Assembly (NCBI GenBank): GCA_037444405.1 | Contig: JBBIML010000026.1 | Coordinates: forward strand, 1-38,862 | Source of the DNA: Armatimonadota bacterium | GTDB taxonomy: Bacteria; Armatimonadota; Fimbriimonadia; Fimbriimonadales; GBS-DC | DNA: 38,862 bases | Direction of reading: 5' to 3' | Shown: piece by piece, positions 21,015 through 30,699 of the stretch | Numbering within the stretch: position 1 is the first letter of the stretch | Layout of the letters: each line of letters starts with the position of its first letter | Made by a program: the position numbers and the translations under genes | Notes under the pieces: generated by a model | The model's database searches: none | Told to the model about the DNA's origin: nothing | The model's input: the letters and a program-made list of their open reading frames with translations, nothing else

Positions 21015-21349
21015 TCCAGAAACTCCCTGAGCGCAACGGCATTATTATGCTTGGTATCCCGCGCGCTATAAAGCAGGGTAATCGTGCCCTGTTGCGCCTC
21101 CTGCAGAAGCGGCTCCCAGTAAGCCCGCTGCTGCTCCAGCTCCACGAAATAGCGCGTCCGAAACTCGTGCCATTTGCGCGGGTCATGACGAAACCATCGC
21201 CGCAGGGCGTCGCTCGGTGCCAGCTCCTTTAGCCAGCCATCTAATTGCAGGCGCTCCCTGCTCATCCCCCGCGGCCAGAGCCGCTCCACCAGATAGCGCC
21301 TGCCATCCGACTCCTGCACCGGTTCATACACACGCTTGACCTGAATCAT
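20990..21349 (-). CDS. DUF488 (YeaO-like) protein
   Basis: KRVYEP...DG.RYLVERLWPRG...W.KELAPS..LRRWF.HDP; GGAGG RBS. Confidence 0.9.
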   Translation of the reverse strand: MIQVKRVYEPVQESDGRRYLVERLWPRGMSRERLQLDGWLKELAPSDALRRWFRHDPRKWHEFRTRYFVELEQQRAYWEPLLQEAQQGTITLLYSARDTKHNNAVALREFLECQLHLKK

Positions 21350-21448
21350 ACCTGTGCCTCCTCCCGTTGGTCTGTTAAGCCCAAAGCCAGGATGCTCGTG
21401 CCTGCAGCACTTATCGCCCGATGAGATAGTACCCCAATGATTGGGACA

Positions 21449-21475
21449 GCAGGAATCCTGTCACAGCCCGCGAAT
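21449..21475 (+). promoter_or_regulatory. Sigma-H-like promoter GCAGGA-N17-GAAT
   Basis: AGGA 21451-21454, 17 nt, GAAT 21472-21475. Confidence 0.6.
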
Positions 21476-21500
21476 CTTATCAACCCGAAGGAGGGCAACG

Positions 21501-21614
21501 ATGGCAGCACCGTTGCTGACCAAAACAGTAGCGCCAGAATCGACCGCCCCTGCTGAAAGGGAGCCACTGGCTTTCCACCGGCAGGCACGCCCGCACGGGG
21601 GAGGGGCGCCATGA
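21501..21614 (+). CDS. Small 37-aa ORF coupled to the sigma factor (not in the ORF track)
   Basis: GAAGGAGG RBS; MAAPLLTKTVAPESTAPAEREPLAFHRQARPHGGGAP; the stop overlaps the sigma start as ATGA. Confidence 0.5.
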   Translation: MAAPLLTKTVAPESTAPAEREPLAFHRQARPHGGGAP

Positions 21615-22171
21615 CCCACCACGACGACCCACCCGAACTCCAGCAAGCTGTGCGGCGAGCGGTCGCCCTCACCCACTACCTTGCCCCACCGCCCGGCTAC
21701 GACCCATCCTACTGGCGCGAGGAACGCATCGCCATCGCCAACCTTGCCGTGTGGCGGGCATATTTAGACTATCAGCCTGATCGGGGTGCGTCGCTGGAGG
21801 GGTTTGCGGTGCGATGTGCGGTTCGGGCGATAGTGAGGGAGTGGGAGCGGTTATGTCGGCAGGGTCGGGGTGTGGTGGCGATGCCCGTGGATGAGGAGAC
21901 AGGTGAGGAGATGGAGTTTGAGGATGTGGGGGCGTGTGAGGCGATAGAGGAGAATGCGCAGTGTGGGGAGATACGGGCGGCGCTGGAGAAGTTGCCCGAA
22001 GAGCAGCGGGTGATTCTGGAGTTGCATTATGGGTTGGGTTTGAGCGAGCGGGAGATTGCGCGTCAGCTGGGCAGGTGTAAGTCGTGGGTTCATCGGCAGT
22101 TGGTGGCGGCGTTGGAGGCGTTGCGGGCAATGGTGGGTGAAAAGGGTGAAGAGGGTGGAAAAAGGGGTTAG
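21611..22171 (+). CDS. Sigma-70 family sigma factor (regions 2 and 4 only; SigH/ECF-like)
   Basis: Region 2-like AYLDYQPDRGASLEGFAVRCAVRAI; region 4 ALEKLPEEQRVILELHYGLGLSEREIARQLG. Confidence 0.85.
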   Translation: MTHHDDPPELQQAVRRAVALTHYLAPPPGYDPSYWREERIAIANLAVWRAYLDYQPDRGASLEGFAVRCAVRAIVREWERLCRQGRGVVAMPVDEETGEEMEFEDVGACEAIEENAQCGEIRAALEKLPEEQRVILELHYGLGLSEREIARQLGRCKSWVHRQLVAALEALRAMVGEKGEEGGKRG

Positions 22172-22265
22172 AACGCTCGGAATCGCGGACCACTTTGAGG
22201 GTTTCGGGCTATTAATTAAGGTGGAGGTTCACGCGAGTTGGTCTATGGGCAAGGAGGAGACGGAA

Positions 22266-25200
22266 ATGAAGTTGTGGATGAAAGCAGAAGGGCGGCTAAG
22301 TAAAGGGAGTGTAGGGGCCTGCCGAAGTCAGGTGTGGGGTCGGCTTTGTGCGTTCGTGCTGATTGTCAACCTGATAGTTTCTGGCTGGAGCCAATCCCAC
22401 ACGCCAGAGATACGCTGGATAGCAGGTGGATTGCCAGCCTCTATTACCGCTTTTGAGGTCTCTCCAGATGGGCAGTGGCTGGCGATTGCTGGAGGGAGTG
22501 ACGCAGGCAATCGTGTCATACAGCTCTGGCACCTTCCCGAGATGCGCTTGATAAGAACTTACAAAGTGAGTGACTGAGGCTTTTATCTTTTTCGCCCTGT
22601 TACAGATATAGCTTTTGCACCTGACGGAAGCCGCTTGGCAGCAGTGTTTGGAAACAGTAATTTCACGGTAGTTTTTATGAACCTGTCGGATGGTCAGGTT
22701 ACAACTTTCGCGAATCAGCGCGGAGGGAGCCATGCTCGTATAGCGTTTTCCCCTGATGGAGAGCGATTGGCGATGGTGACAGCTACAAATAGCGTTTTCA
22801 TCTATCGTGTGAGCGATGGATCGCTTGAGAACATTTTACAAGTTTCTAACAATAATTCGTTATATGATGTTGAATTCTCTCATGACAATCAGCAGCTGGC
22901 TGCCGTCGGTTCAGGGATTATTGCTCTATGGCGTGTAGCAGACTGGAACTTGGAAAGGGTAATAAGTGATGGTCTTAATCGTTTTGATTTGATAGAATTT
23001 GCTCCTGATAGTCAACATATTGCTGTAAGTGGGTTAGGTTTTTCCGCCTTCACGCGAGTTTACACGCGGACACTTTCTCTCCGCTGGCAGCGGACGAACG
23101 CTGTCTACCCCCATTTTTCTCCTGATGGTTCCCTGATTGCGTGTACAACTTGGCCTAGAAGCGGTTATGTTCAAGATATTGTTCTTTTCAACGATAATGG
23201 TGAAGAGGTTCGCAGATTGACCCCTGAAAATGATTGGGGAATATCTTCACCAAATCGGTTTGTAGTTATTGAGCATACTTTTCTTTCTAGCGGTGATTTG
23301 ATGGCTTTTGTTGGCAATGGCTATACTCCAGAGACGGGTCATATAATCAAAGGTGACATTTCTCTCTTTCGCCGAAACGCTCAGTGGCAGCGAGTGCCTC
23401 TATTCAGGGGGCATACAGGGAGAGTCACTGATGTCGCGATCTCGCCCGATGGTTCGTTGATTGCCTCAGCAGGCAGGGATGGAATTATTTGTATCTGGAA
23501 TGCTTCTGACGGCAGTGTAGTAAGCATTTTGCCCAGCTTTCAGAGTCAGGATTACTGGGCAACGACATGGCAGGTGCGTAGGGTGGCTTTTTCTCCTCTC
23601 GCGGGAGGGTTGTCCTATCTCTTAGCGGCTGCGTATGCTCCTTTTAGCACCTATGAAGGGGCTGTCCGAGTGTGGCGATGGTCAGATCAGCAGTTAGTAC
23701 ATGAGTTTGCTTCCTCATCTAGGCAACTTTCTGTCCGCTTTTCGCCCGATGGGCAGCTACTGGCGAGCTGTGGATATGGTGTTGGTAGTAGCAGTGTTTG
23801 GCTCTGGCGTACTGATAACTGGACTCTGGGGGGTCAGATTACTGGAGGTATTGGAAATCCCTTTGATGTTTGCTTCACCCCTGACAATAATTTTATTGTT
23901 GTTGCCGACTGGAATCAGGGTGGAAACCTCTATATGTATTCTGTCCGAACTGGACGCAAGGTGCGTACTCTGCAGGGATATTTAAATGGCGCTACAAACA
24001 TAGCGATTGCTTCTTCGGATGGATGCCAACCGCAGCTAACAATTGCCAGTGGAGAGGGTGCAATCCGATGGAAAGAGGAAGAACATCCAGTGTTTGCCAA
24101 CTTATGGCAGGTACCAGCCAATGCTCCAAGCACCCTTCCTCCAACCCGCCGATATGGTCCTCTCAGCCGTGGAGAGGCAGTAAGAGTCGCCTTCACAGGT
24201 GATGGGCTAACACTTGTTACAGGCGATTGGAGCAGTATTCGTTTTTGGCAGGTATTGGGTGGTTCACTGCGTCTGCGTTACGATGAGGAGACTCTTTCTG
24301 TAATAGGGCTGGTATTTTCCCCGAATAATCGATACTTCGTGTACGGTAGGGACGATGGCTCCATCGTGCTGGCGCGCAACCCGTTCTGGCTGGAGGGCGA
24401 CGCGAATGGCAACGGCAGAGTAGACCTCACGGACATTGCGCAGGTTGTTGGCGATATGGAGACGCAATTCCTGCGCTCTGACATCAACGGCGATGGAGCC
24501 GTTGACTGGAGCGATCTGGATATGGTGATTGAAAATCTTGGCGCCAGCAATTGCGAGGAGGATGAAGGCTGCAACGTGCAAATAGAAGAAAATCCTGGCT
24601 ATCTCTGGGATGGGGATCAATTCACTTTCCATGCTCGTGCCAGTGAGGGAGACGGTACCTATCAGTGGCAGGTCATTCAGAGCAACGGGCAGCTCAGCCC
24701 CACCAGTGGTACAGGCTCCACCTTTACTGTGACAGCGCAGCGTCCCAGCCGTGATCGGAACGATCGGGTGCGGATTATCGTGACCTACACCCTGCAGCGT
24801 GATAATCGCACAATCCAGTGTCATTCTGTGCGGGAGTTGATTGTTTATCCGCGTCCGAGGGAAGCGTATGTTATCTATCGCAACGAGAGCGATCCTTCCA
24901 ACGCCTATCCCTTTGAGAATCAGGACTTGGCGATCTGGGCGGTGATTCGTGCTTCGGATGGCGAATATTACACAGGCTTGCGGTATGATCCTGAGAATCG
25001 CGGCGTCTGGTTCAGTAATGATGGAAGGTGGCTTCGAACGGGAATAATCTACAATAGTGATGGCGGCGGTGGTGAGGGCTTGCATTTTGAACCGACAGGC
25101 GTTGCGTTTACCATCGATAGGCGCGTGCGTGAGTGGTGGGGACCTGAGTTGACCGTTCGATGGTACGAACTTCGCCATGAAGTCGATGTCGAAACCAGGT

Positions 25201-26075
25201 TCTCACAAGCCTCAAGCAGCAGACGCAGATATTTCTATATCTATCCTGCATACGCACAACCTGCTTTTGGAGATAACGGTAGCGGTTGGGGATTCAGACC
25301 AGTGCGTCTTTCGATGGGAACCCATCGGTTTCAGGTGCGGGTCAGCTGGCAAGATCGGCAAGGCAGAACCCAGCGCATTCAGAGTTCTGGGCCGACACCT
25401 GGTGCGTGGCAACCGTCTGATCAAGATGACATCATTAACTGGAACCACACCTGGAGCCAGAACTGTGATGAACAGCAAGAACTGGCGACTCGCATCAGTG
25501 TGCGCCAGGTGAGGAGCGATATCCAGACGGAGCGCAAACGCAGGCTTGTCGAATGGGCGACCTCCTTTTTAGAGGTTCCCTATGAGTGGGGTGGTTACTG
25601 GTACGGGGGACGCGCCGATGTGCGTGCTGAATGGCATACTCCCTACAATGGCTATGGTGTGGATTGTTCAGGTTTTGTTTGTGCGGTTGCTCGGTGGGCA
25701 GGGTACAATTGGGGTAGTCGGCGGGGTACCTACTGGCGGGTTAATGTCAGTGGCATGATGGACGAAAACTATACTCGGGCTCAGACGATTGCTCGGATGG
25801 AGCCAGGTGATATTCTCGCTGCGCCTGGTCGGCATGTGGAAATTGTCTATCAAATACTAGAAAGGTGGTATGATCGGGATAGACGAAGATGGGAAGCTCA
25901 GATTTACACGATAGACGCCTGTGTTAGAAGGGGGGGTAATAAGGTCCATATTCATCAGAATGAACAAAGTTATGGGCTAAGAGACGATGGTAGGGACGGA
26001 GTGGATATCTGGAGAGTGTTTCTCAACAGAAGATACCGGCTGAGGGAATTAGTGGAGATGACACCAGATGGGTAA
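22266..26075 (+). pseudogene. Secreted WD40 / dockerin-like / NlpC-P60 multidomain protein interrupted by an in-frame TGA at 22575-22577
   Basis: RBS AAGGAGG then ATG 22266 and a signal peptide. ORFs 22056-22577 and 22635-26075 share a frame and the WD40 pattern continues across the stop. Dockerin-like GDANGNGRVD..DINGDGAVD at ~24396-24543; PYEWGG..GVDCSGF..PGDIL..HVEI near the C-terminus. Confidence 0.8.
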
Positions 26076-26097
26076 AATAGGATGAGGAGGGATAGCG

Positions 26098-27306
26098 ATG
26101 TGGAAGATAGCTAGGATCGGCTTTGGGCTGATAGGTTTGCTCGGGACTGTCCTACCAGCCGGGCATCGGTTGGCATCCTCACTGGCGCAAACCCAAACCG
26201 TGCCGCCCCCTGTAAAACTCTTTTCTATCCTGTATGGAGAGAAGGAAGACCAGTTGGGGGTGAAACTCTTTCCCGATATACCTCCAGATGTTGACCGCGA
26301 GGGGATGCTGGGTGAAGGTCCTGCGACCTTTTGCGTCAGCTGGGATGGTAACCTGTTCTACTTCCTGGATACCATCAATAGTGACGAAAGTGGGAAAAAA
26401 TGCTTTGTCAAGGTATTCAATCGTCAGGGGCGTTTGGTGCGCAAGATAGTAATCAATGAAGAGTGGGCAAGTTATATGACGGTGGCGCCGAATGGCACGA
26501 TTTACCTGCGTGGTGGAGGCGAGTTTGCCGTCTTTGACGCGCAAGGCGATTATCAGAAGGAGCTGTCCCTGCGGCTGACCGAGCAGTGCCGATCGGCGCC
26601 GGTGTACTCTTACTCTGCTGCTGAGGTCTTCACGACCGATCTGGAAGGAAATGTGTATATGGGGGCAAGCGAGCTGGTGTCCCACGAGGGTTCCGTGCCC
26701 ATAACGGAGCCTAAAATTTTGCGTTTGAGTATTGATCCGAATGGGACTTACAAAATATTGCCGTATGGAGTGGTGGATCGGCGCGGTTATATCTGGGAGT
26801 TAGTCACTGAGGATCCTGTTCAGTGGGTGACCCGTCGGGCTTTTGGAACCGATGGGGAGTTATATATGGAGGAGTCGGTTGTTGCGTTCAAGCAGAAGCA
26901 TGTGACGGTTTATGATACCTCTGGGCGTCAGTTGCGGGAGTTTCAGGTGCCGGCAGAGCCATTGAACGAAATTGAGAGGGGTCTAACGGTGATATCTTGG
27001 GCATACCTGATTGATGGTCGGGGTCATATTTTGATGTTTATGGAGCAGCCTGAGATGCGGTGGTACACAGTTGTGCCGATTGATTTGGAAGTGTTGCGTC
27101 CGATAAGGGTGATGGAGTATGATGAGCGAGGCAGGCGGGTTGGGTTGCGGGCAATTGTGGGTTTGTATCAGTTTGCAGCGCCTGGTATTATGAATCCAGC
27201 CAGGCAGTGGGATGTGGATCGTTGGGGGAAGCTGTACTATCTTGACTTCAAGGCGGATCGGGTGGATGTGATGATGGTGCGTCCCTTGCCTGAGCGGAAC
27301 GAGTAA
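26098..27306 (+). CDS. Secreted beta-propeller-like hypothetical protein (candidate immunity protein)
   Basis: GAGGAGG RBS, signal peptide, repeated D-x-x-G-x-x-Y blade motifs. Confidence 0.75.
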   Translation: MWKIARIGFGLIGLLGTVLPAGHRLASSLAQTQTVPPPVKLFSILYGEKEDQLGVKLFPDIPPDVDREGMLGEGPATFCVSWDGNLFYFLDTINSDESGKKCFVKVFNRQGRLVRKIVINEEWASYMTVAPNGTIYLRGGGEFAVFDAQGDYQKELSLRLTEQCRSAPVYSYSAAEVFTTDLEGNVYMGASELVSHEGSVPITEPKILRLSIDPNGTYKILPYGVVDRRGYIWELVTEDPVQWVTRRAFGTDGELYMEESVVAFKQKHVTVYDTSGRQLREFQVPAEPLNEIERGLTVISWAYLIDGRGHILMFMEQPEMRWYTVVPIDLEVLRPIRVMEYDERGRRVGLRAIVGLYQFAAPGIMNPARQWDVDRWGKLYYLDFKADRVDVMMVRPLPERNE

Positions 27307-27331
27307 GCGCTGGAGGGTTCAAAAACTTGGG

Positions 27332-28271
27332 ATGTCCAAATCACAGCAATTGTTCGCCGTTTCGTATGGTCAAAAGCCAGGGCAAATACCCCTTCGGGTT
27401 ATAGTAGGGTACCCTGAGCATGAACCCGATCGGGTGTTGGGCGCACTGCGCCTTCTTGTTGCACCAGAGGGCGATCACATAGCCATAATCAGCACCTGTG
27501 AACCTGATGAAGCCAGTGACTCGATATATCAGTTAGATTTGTTTGATAGAGGCGGTAAATTTATTAGAAGTGTAAAATATAATTTTGCTCATGGATATGG
27601 AGAGGGACACCGACTGAAAGCAACAAGAGGCTTTTATATCAAAGATGCTTCATATGGAGTCAACGGTCTTCTTTATGTGCTTTGCGAACGGTCAAATGTA
27701 GATGGCACTGGCAGAACACGCCGTATCGACATCTATGATGCGCAAGGAACCCTTCTGCAAGCACTCTCAGATGCTTATACCAGAGCGCTTCAGAGCTATG
27801 CTGCCCTCACCCAAGATGGATCACTGCTTGGAGTTGACAAGAATGGACTTATCTACTTTGATCTTTATAAGGAAATTATCTCTATCGACAGAGAGGGGAG
27901 ACGCGGATGGTTGAGCAAACCGTTCATTGGGGAGTCCGTGCTTGCTGTGGACGAACCCACTCTGTACACGGTCAAGCACCTGCGAAAAAATGCTGATTCA
28001 GATTTGGCGGTGAGGGAACTCTGGAGTGAAACGGGTGGGCGCTTCCAGAAACGCTGTACAATACCTGCCGATACGAAAGTCTATCAGCAGCTGAAAGCGC
28101 AATATTCTGCTCTTAAGCTGTGTTTCGTGACAGGTAAACAGAGCTTCTGGCTTGCTTTCCCAAACCCTGAGAAGCATCGTAAATTGAATACATCTTTTGG
28201 TGTTATTCGTTTGTATCAGCTTTGGCTGGGCTGAAAACGCCCTTGAGATCTGGTGGATTCCTTTACGCTAA
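27332..28271 (+). pseudogene. Divergent paralog of 26098-27306, lacking the signal peptide and with a probable 3' frameshift
   Basis: N-terminus QLFAVSYGQKPGQI matches KLFSILYGEKEDQL. The ORF stops at 28234, but removing one T at 28221-28223 gives LYQLGWAENALEIWWIPLR* (stop 28269-28271), which aligns with the paralog end LYYLDFKADRVDVMMVRPL. Confidence 0.55.
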
Positions 28272-28295
28272 GGGAGTGCGGTGGTAAACCAGCCT

Positions 28296-29093
28296 TCACG
28301 AACTGGCGCTGGTGTAGCTGCGCAGGGCGAAGCGCCAGAAGAGACGACCCGCAATAAAGAACGCCAGCGCCCAGAGCGTCGCAAACAGCAGGAAGCCACT
28401 TGATGCCTTGCCCAGCAGCGCCTTCGCAGGAATCGTCGCCAGAAACGCCACCGGCAACACATAGGTGAACAGCCGGCGCAACACCGCGTCGAACACATCG
28501 GTCGGAAAGCGCCCGATCTGCGCGAACACATCCGATAGCACCCACAGATTCTCCACGCGCACCAGCCAGATGCTCAGCGTCATCATCATAAAGTGGAACG
28601 AATAGAAGATCAGCACGCCCATCGCCACCATGCCCAGATAGAGCAGGATGTTCGTCAGCGGTGGGATGTAGCCCAGCGAGAGCAGCGCGTAAACGCCCAG
28701 CAGCACCGCCACCATCAGCGAGCCGAGCTGGTCGAAGTTCACCCGCCGCAGAGAGAGCCAGAACTGCGAATCGACCGGCTTCACCAGCACATAGTCGAGC
28801 GTGCCCTGACGCACCATCGTGGGCAGCTCCGACAGCCCGAAATAGAAGAACGCCGTGATCAGCGCGTCCAGAAAGTAGAGCGTGGCTGCCAGCACCAGCG
28901 CTTCGGGTTCCGTCCAGTCCGCAATCGCCTCCGTGTGCCGATAGATAATCTTGAGCGTCGCGAGGAAAAAGCCCAGCCAGAGCAGGTTGTAGAACATCTT
29001 CGCCCAGAAGTTGGCGCGGAACTCCATCTCGCGCACCAGACTGGAGCGCAGGAATGCCCGATAGACCCGCGCGTAGAACGCCAGCCGCTTCAC
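28296..29093 (-). CDS. ABC-2 family transporter permease (DUF990-like)
   Basis: EFRANF, VRQGTLDYVLVKPVD, RFP..VF, FALRSYTSASS; the GTG start overlaps the upstream stop. Confidence 0.88.
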   Translation of the reverse strand: MKRLAFYARVYRAFLRSSLVREMEFRANFWAKMFYNLLWLGFFLATLKIIYRHTEAIADWTEPEALVLAATLYFLDALITAFFYFGLSELPTMVRQGTLDYVLVKPVDSQFWLSLRRVNFDQLGSLMVAVLLGVYALLSLGYIPPLTNILLYLGMVAMGVLIFYSFHFMMMTLSIWLVRVENLWVLSDVFAQIGRFPTDVFDAVLRRLFTYVLPVAFLATIPAKALLGKASSGFLLFATLWALAFFIAGRLFWRFALRSYTSASS

Positions 29094-29893
29094 ATTCCCA
29101 CCCCGCTGTATTGGCGCACGCCCTTTCGCCACAGGAACGCGCCCAGCAGTGCCGCCAGCCCTGTCCAGACGATTTGCCCCGCGAGGCTCAGCCATGCGGC
29201 TTCGCTGGTCAGCTTGCCAATCGCAATCTCCACAGGCACCGCCGTCGTGTATCGGAACGGCAGCCCAACCGCCAGCGCCTGCAGCCAGCCCGGCATCAGC
29301 CCGATCGGCGCGACCCAGCCCGACAGCAGCAGCATCGGCGCGTAGTAGAGCGAGAACACGCTCTGCGCCTCCTGCAGCCAGAACGCCAGACATGCCAGCG
29401 CGAACGCCATCAGGAACGACACTAGATGCCCCAGCACAACACTCAGCCAGAACAGCGCGCCCAGATCGAGCGGCGCCAGCGACACCTTCTGACCGTAATA
29501 GAGCCATGCCAGCAGCGCAACGGGCACAAACAGCACCATGCGCAACAGCCGCCACGAAATGTTGCGCGCGAACAGCATCCAGAACACGGGCACAGGACGC
29601 AACAGCCACTGCGAGAGCACGCCCTCCTTGATCTCCCACGCCAGATCCCACATCAGGTGGCTGACGATGAAGTTGGTCACGAGCGCCATCACCACATAGT
29701 AGCTGACCATCTCGCCGGGCTGGTAGCCTCCGAGCGCGGCGCGCCCGTTGTATGCCGACAGCCACACCAGCGGCATCACCAGGCACTGCACCACATCGGT
29801 CAGCATCCAGATGAACGCGCTGGCGCGATAGGCGAGGCTGTCCTCCATGTAGATGCGCAGGAGCGCCCCGATCTTGAGCAGGAGCCGTGCCAT
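29090..29893 (-). CDS. ABC-2 family transporter permease
   Basis: LAYRASAF, EIKEGVLSQWLLRPV, LLSG..API..MP, LPFRY, WRKGVRQYSGVG. Confidence 0.88.
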   Translation of the reverse strand: MARLLLKIGALLRIYMEDSLAYRASAFIWMLTDVVQCLVMPLVWLSAYNGRAALGGYQPGEMVSYYVVMALVTNFIVSHLMWDLAWEIKEGVLSQWLLRPVPVFWMLFARNISWRLLRMVLFVPVALLAWLYYGQKVSLAPLDLGALFWLSVVLGHLVSFLMAFALACLAFWLQEAQSVFSLYYAPMLLLSGWVAPIGLMPGWLQALAVGLPFRYTTAVPVEIAIGKLTSEAAWLSLAGQIVWTGLAALLGAFLWRKGVRQYSGVGM

Positions 29894-29912
29894 CGACGGG
29901 ATTGTACCCTTT

Positions 29913-30077
29913 TGCGAAAGTAAAGAGGTGAGGGGTTAGCAACAAGGTACGGGCGCGGTGACCTGTAAGCGCTTCAGGGGATTCAGAGCGCGAGCGAGGG
30001 TTAGCAACAAGGTACGGGCGCGGTGACCGCGCCCGTACTTTCTTCCTGCGAAAGTAAAAGGGTGAAGGGTCAGCAAC
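29913..30077. repeat. REP-like palindrome within nested direct duplications
   Basis: GTACGGGCGCGGT-G-ACCGCGCCCGTAC at 30012-30038. GGGTTAGCAACAAGGTACGGGCGCGGTGACC at 29933 and 29998. TGCGAAAGTAAA..GGTGA.GGGT.AGCAAC at 29913 and 30047. Confidence 0.8.
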
Positions 30078-30567
30078 CCTGTCCGAAGTTGAACAGCACG
30101 ATCAGCAGGTCGGCGTCGTCCACCACCCGATCGTAGTTCACATCTTCGGGTCGGGCGCCCGTCGCGCCAAAGTTGAACAGCACGCTCAACAGGTCGGCGT
30201 CATCGACGCAACCGCTGAAGTCGACATCGCCCTGACGCCGCACCCGTACCACGCCCGTCATCCCGGCAAATTCATGCGGAATGCAGTAATACTCATACAC
30301 GCCGGGCTGATTGAAAGTGTAGGTGAAGGTGCGCTGAACCGAGCTGATCTCCGAGTCCCAGAGGTTATCGTAGGAGGTGGTGGTGTGAAAGCCGCTGCGC
30401 CAGACCCAGCGCACGCTATCGCCCACATCGATAATCGTCTCACGGGTGCCCGTATAGGTGTCGCGGAAGATGAGCTGGAAGTTCGGTCCGACCTCCACCT
30501 CGCGCGTGCTTGCCAGCACGGCGCCCGCGATCGCCATGCACAGTATCAGAGTCGCCCTGCATCTCAT
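30070..30567 (-). CDS. Secreted plastocyanin/azurin-family cupredoxin with a C-terminal dockerin-like domain
   Basis: Signal peptide; type-1 Cu ligands H...YYCIPHEFAGM; two DVxxxxxVDDADLLxVLFNFG repeats; GGAGG RBS. Confidence 0.88.
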   Translation of the reverse strand: MRCRATLILCMAIAGAVLASTREVEVGPNFQLIFRDTYTGTRETIIDVGDSVRWVWRSGFHTTTSYDNLWDSEISSVQRTFTYTFNQPGVYEYYCIPHEFAGMTGVVRVRRQGDVDFSGCVDDADLLSVLFNFGATGARPEDVNYDRVVDDADLLIVLFNFGQGC

Positions 30568-30620
30568 CGTCTCTACCTCCTTTGCTGCAGCCGTTTTGGG
30601 TGGCTGCGCGTTTAATTGTG

Positions 30621-30646
30621 AACGAACAGCCCCGCGCGGTGGTTCC
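30621..30646 (-). promoter_or_regulatory. ECF-sigma-type promoter GGAAC-N17-CGTT
   Basis: Minus strand GGAAC-CACCGCGCGGGGCTGTT-CGTT upstream of the cupredoxin gene. Confidence 0.5.
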
Positions 30647-30651
30647 CACGC

Positions 30652-30679
30652 TCCAGAAATCGGGCGCAACTGCCGATAT
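30652..30679 (+). promoter_or_regulatory. Sigma-28 (FliA)-like promoter
   Basis: TCCAG-N15-GCCGATAT about 20 nt upstream of flhF; GCCGATA is the canonical sigma28 -10 element. Confidence 0.55.
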
Positions 30680-30699
30680 TTATACGGGGATTGTTGAGC

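Noticed and set aside
21611..22200. Abrupt switch from C/A-rich to G/T-rich DNA inside the sigma gene as a replication origin
   Set aside because: No DnaA boxes or AT-rich unwinding element; neighbouring genes show the same coding-strand G/T bias.
6476..22577. UGA recoding (alternative genetic code or selenocysteine) to explain the two in-frame TGAs
   Set aside because: TGA is the normal stop of many core genes here, neither site is a redox Cys position, and no SECIS-like hairpin was evident.
29094..29945. 549-aa fused ABC permease
   Set aside because: The N-terminal half is an off-frame overlap with the 29090-29893 gene; the real start is GTG 29093.
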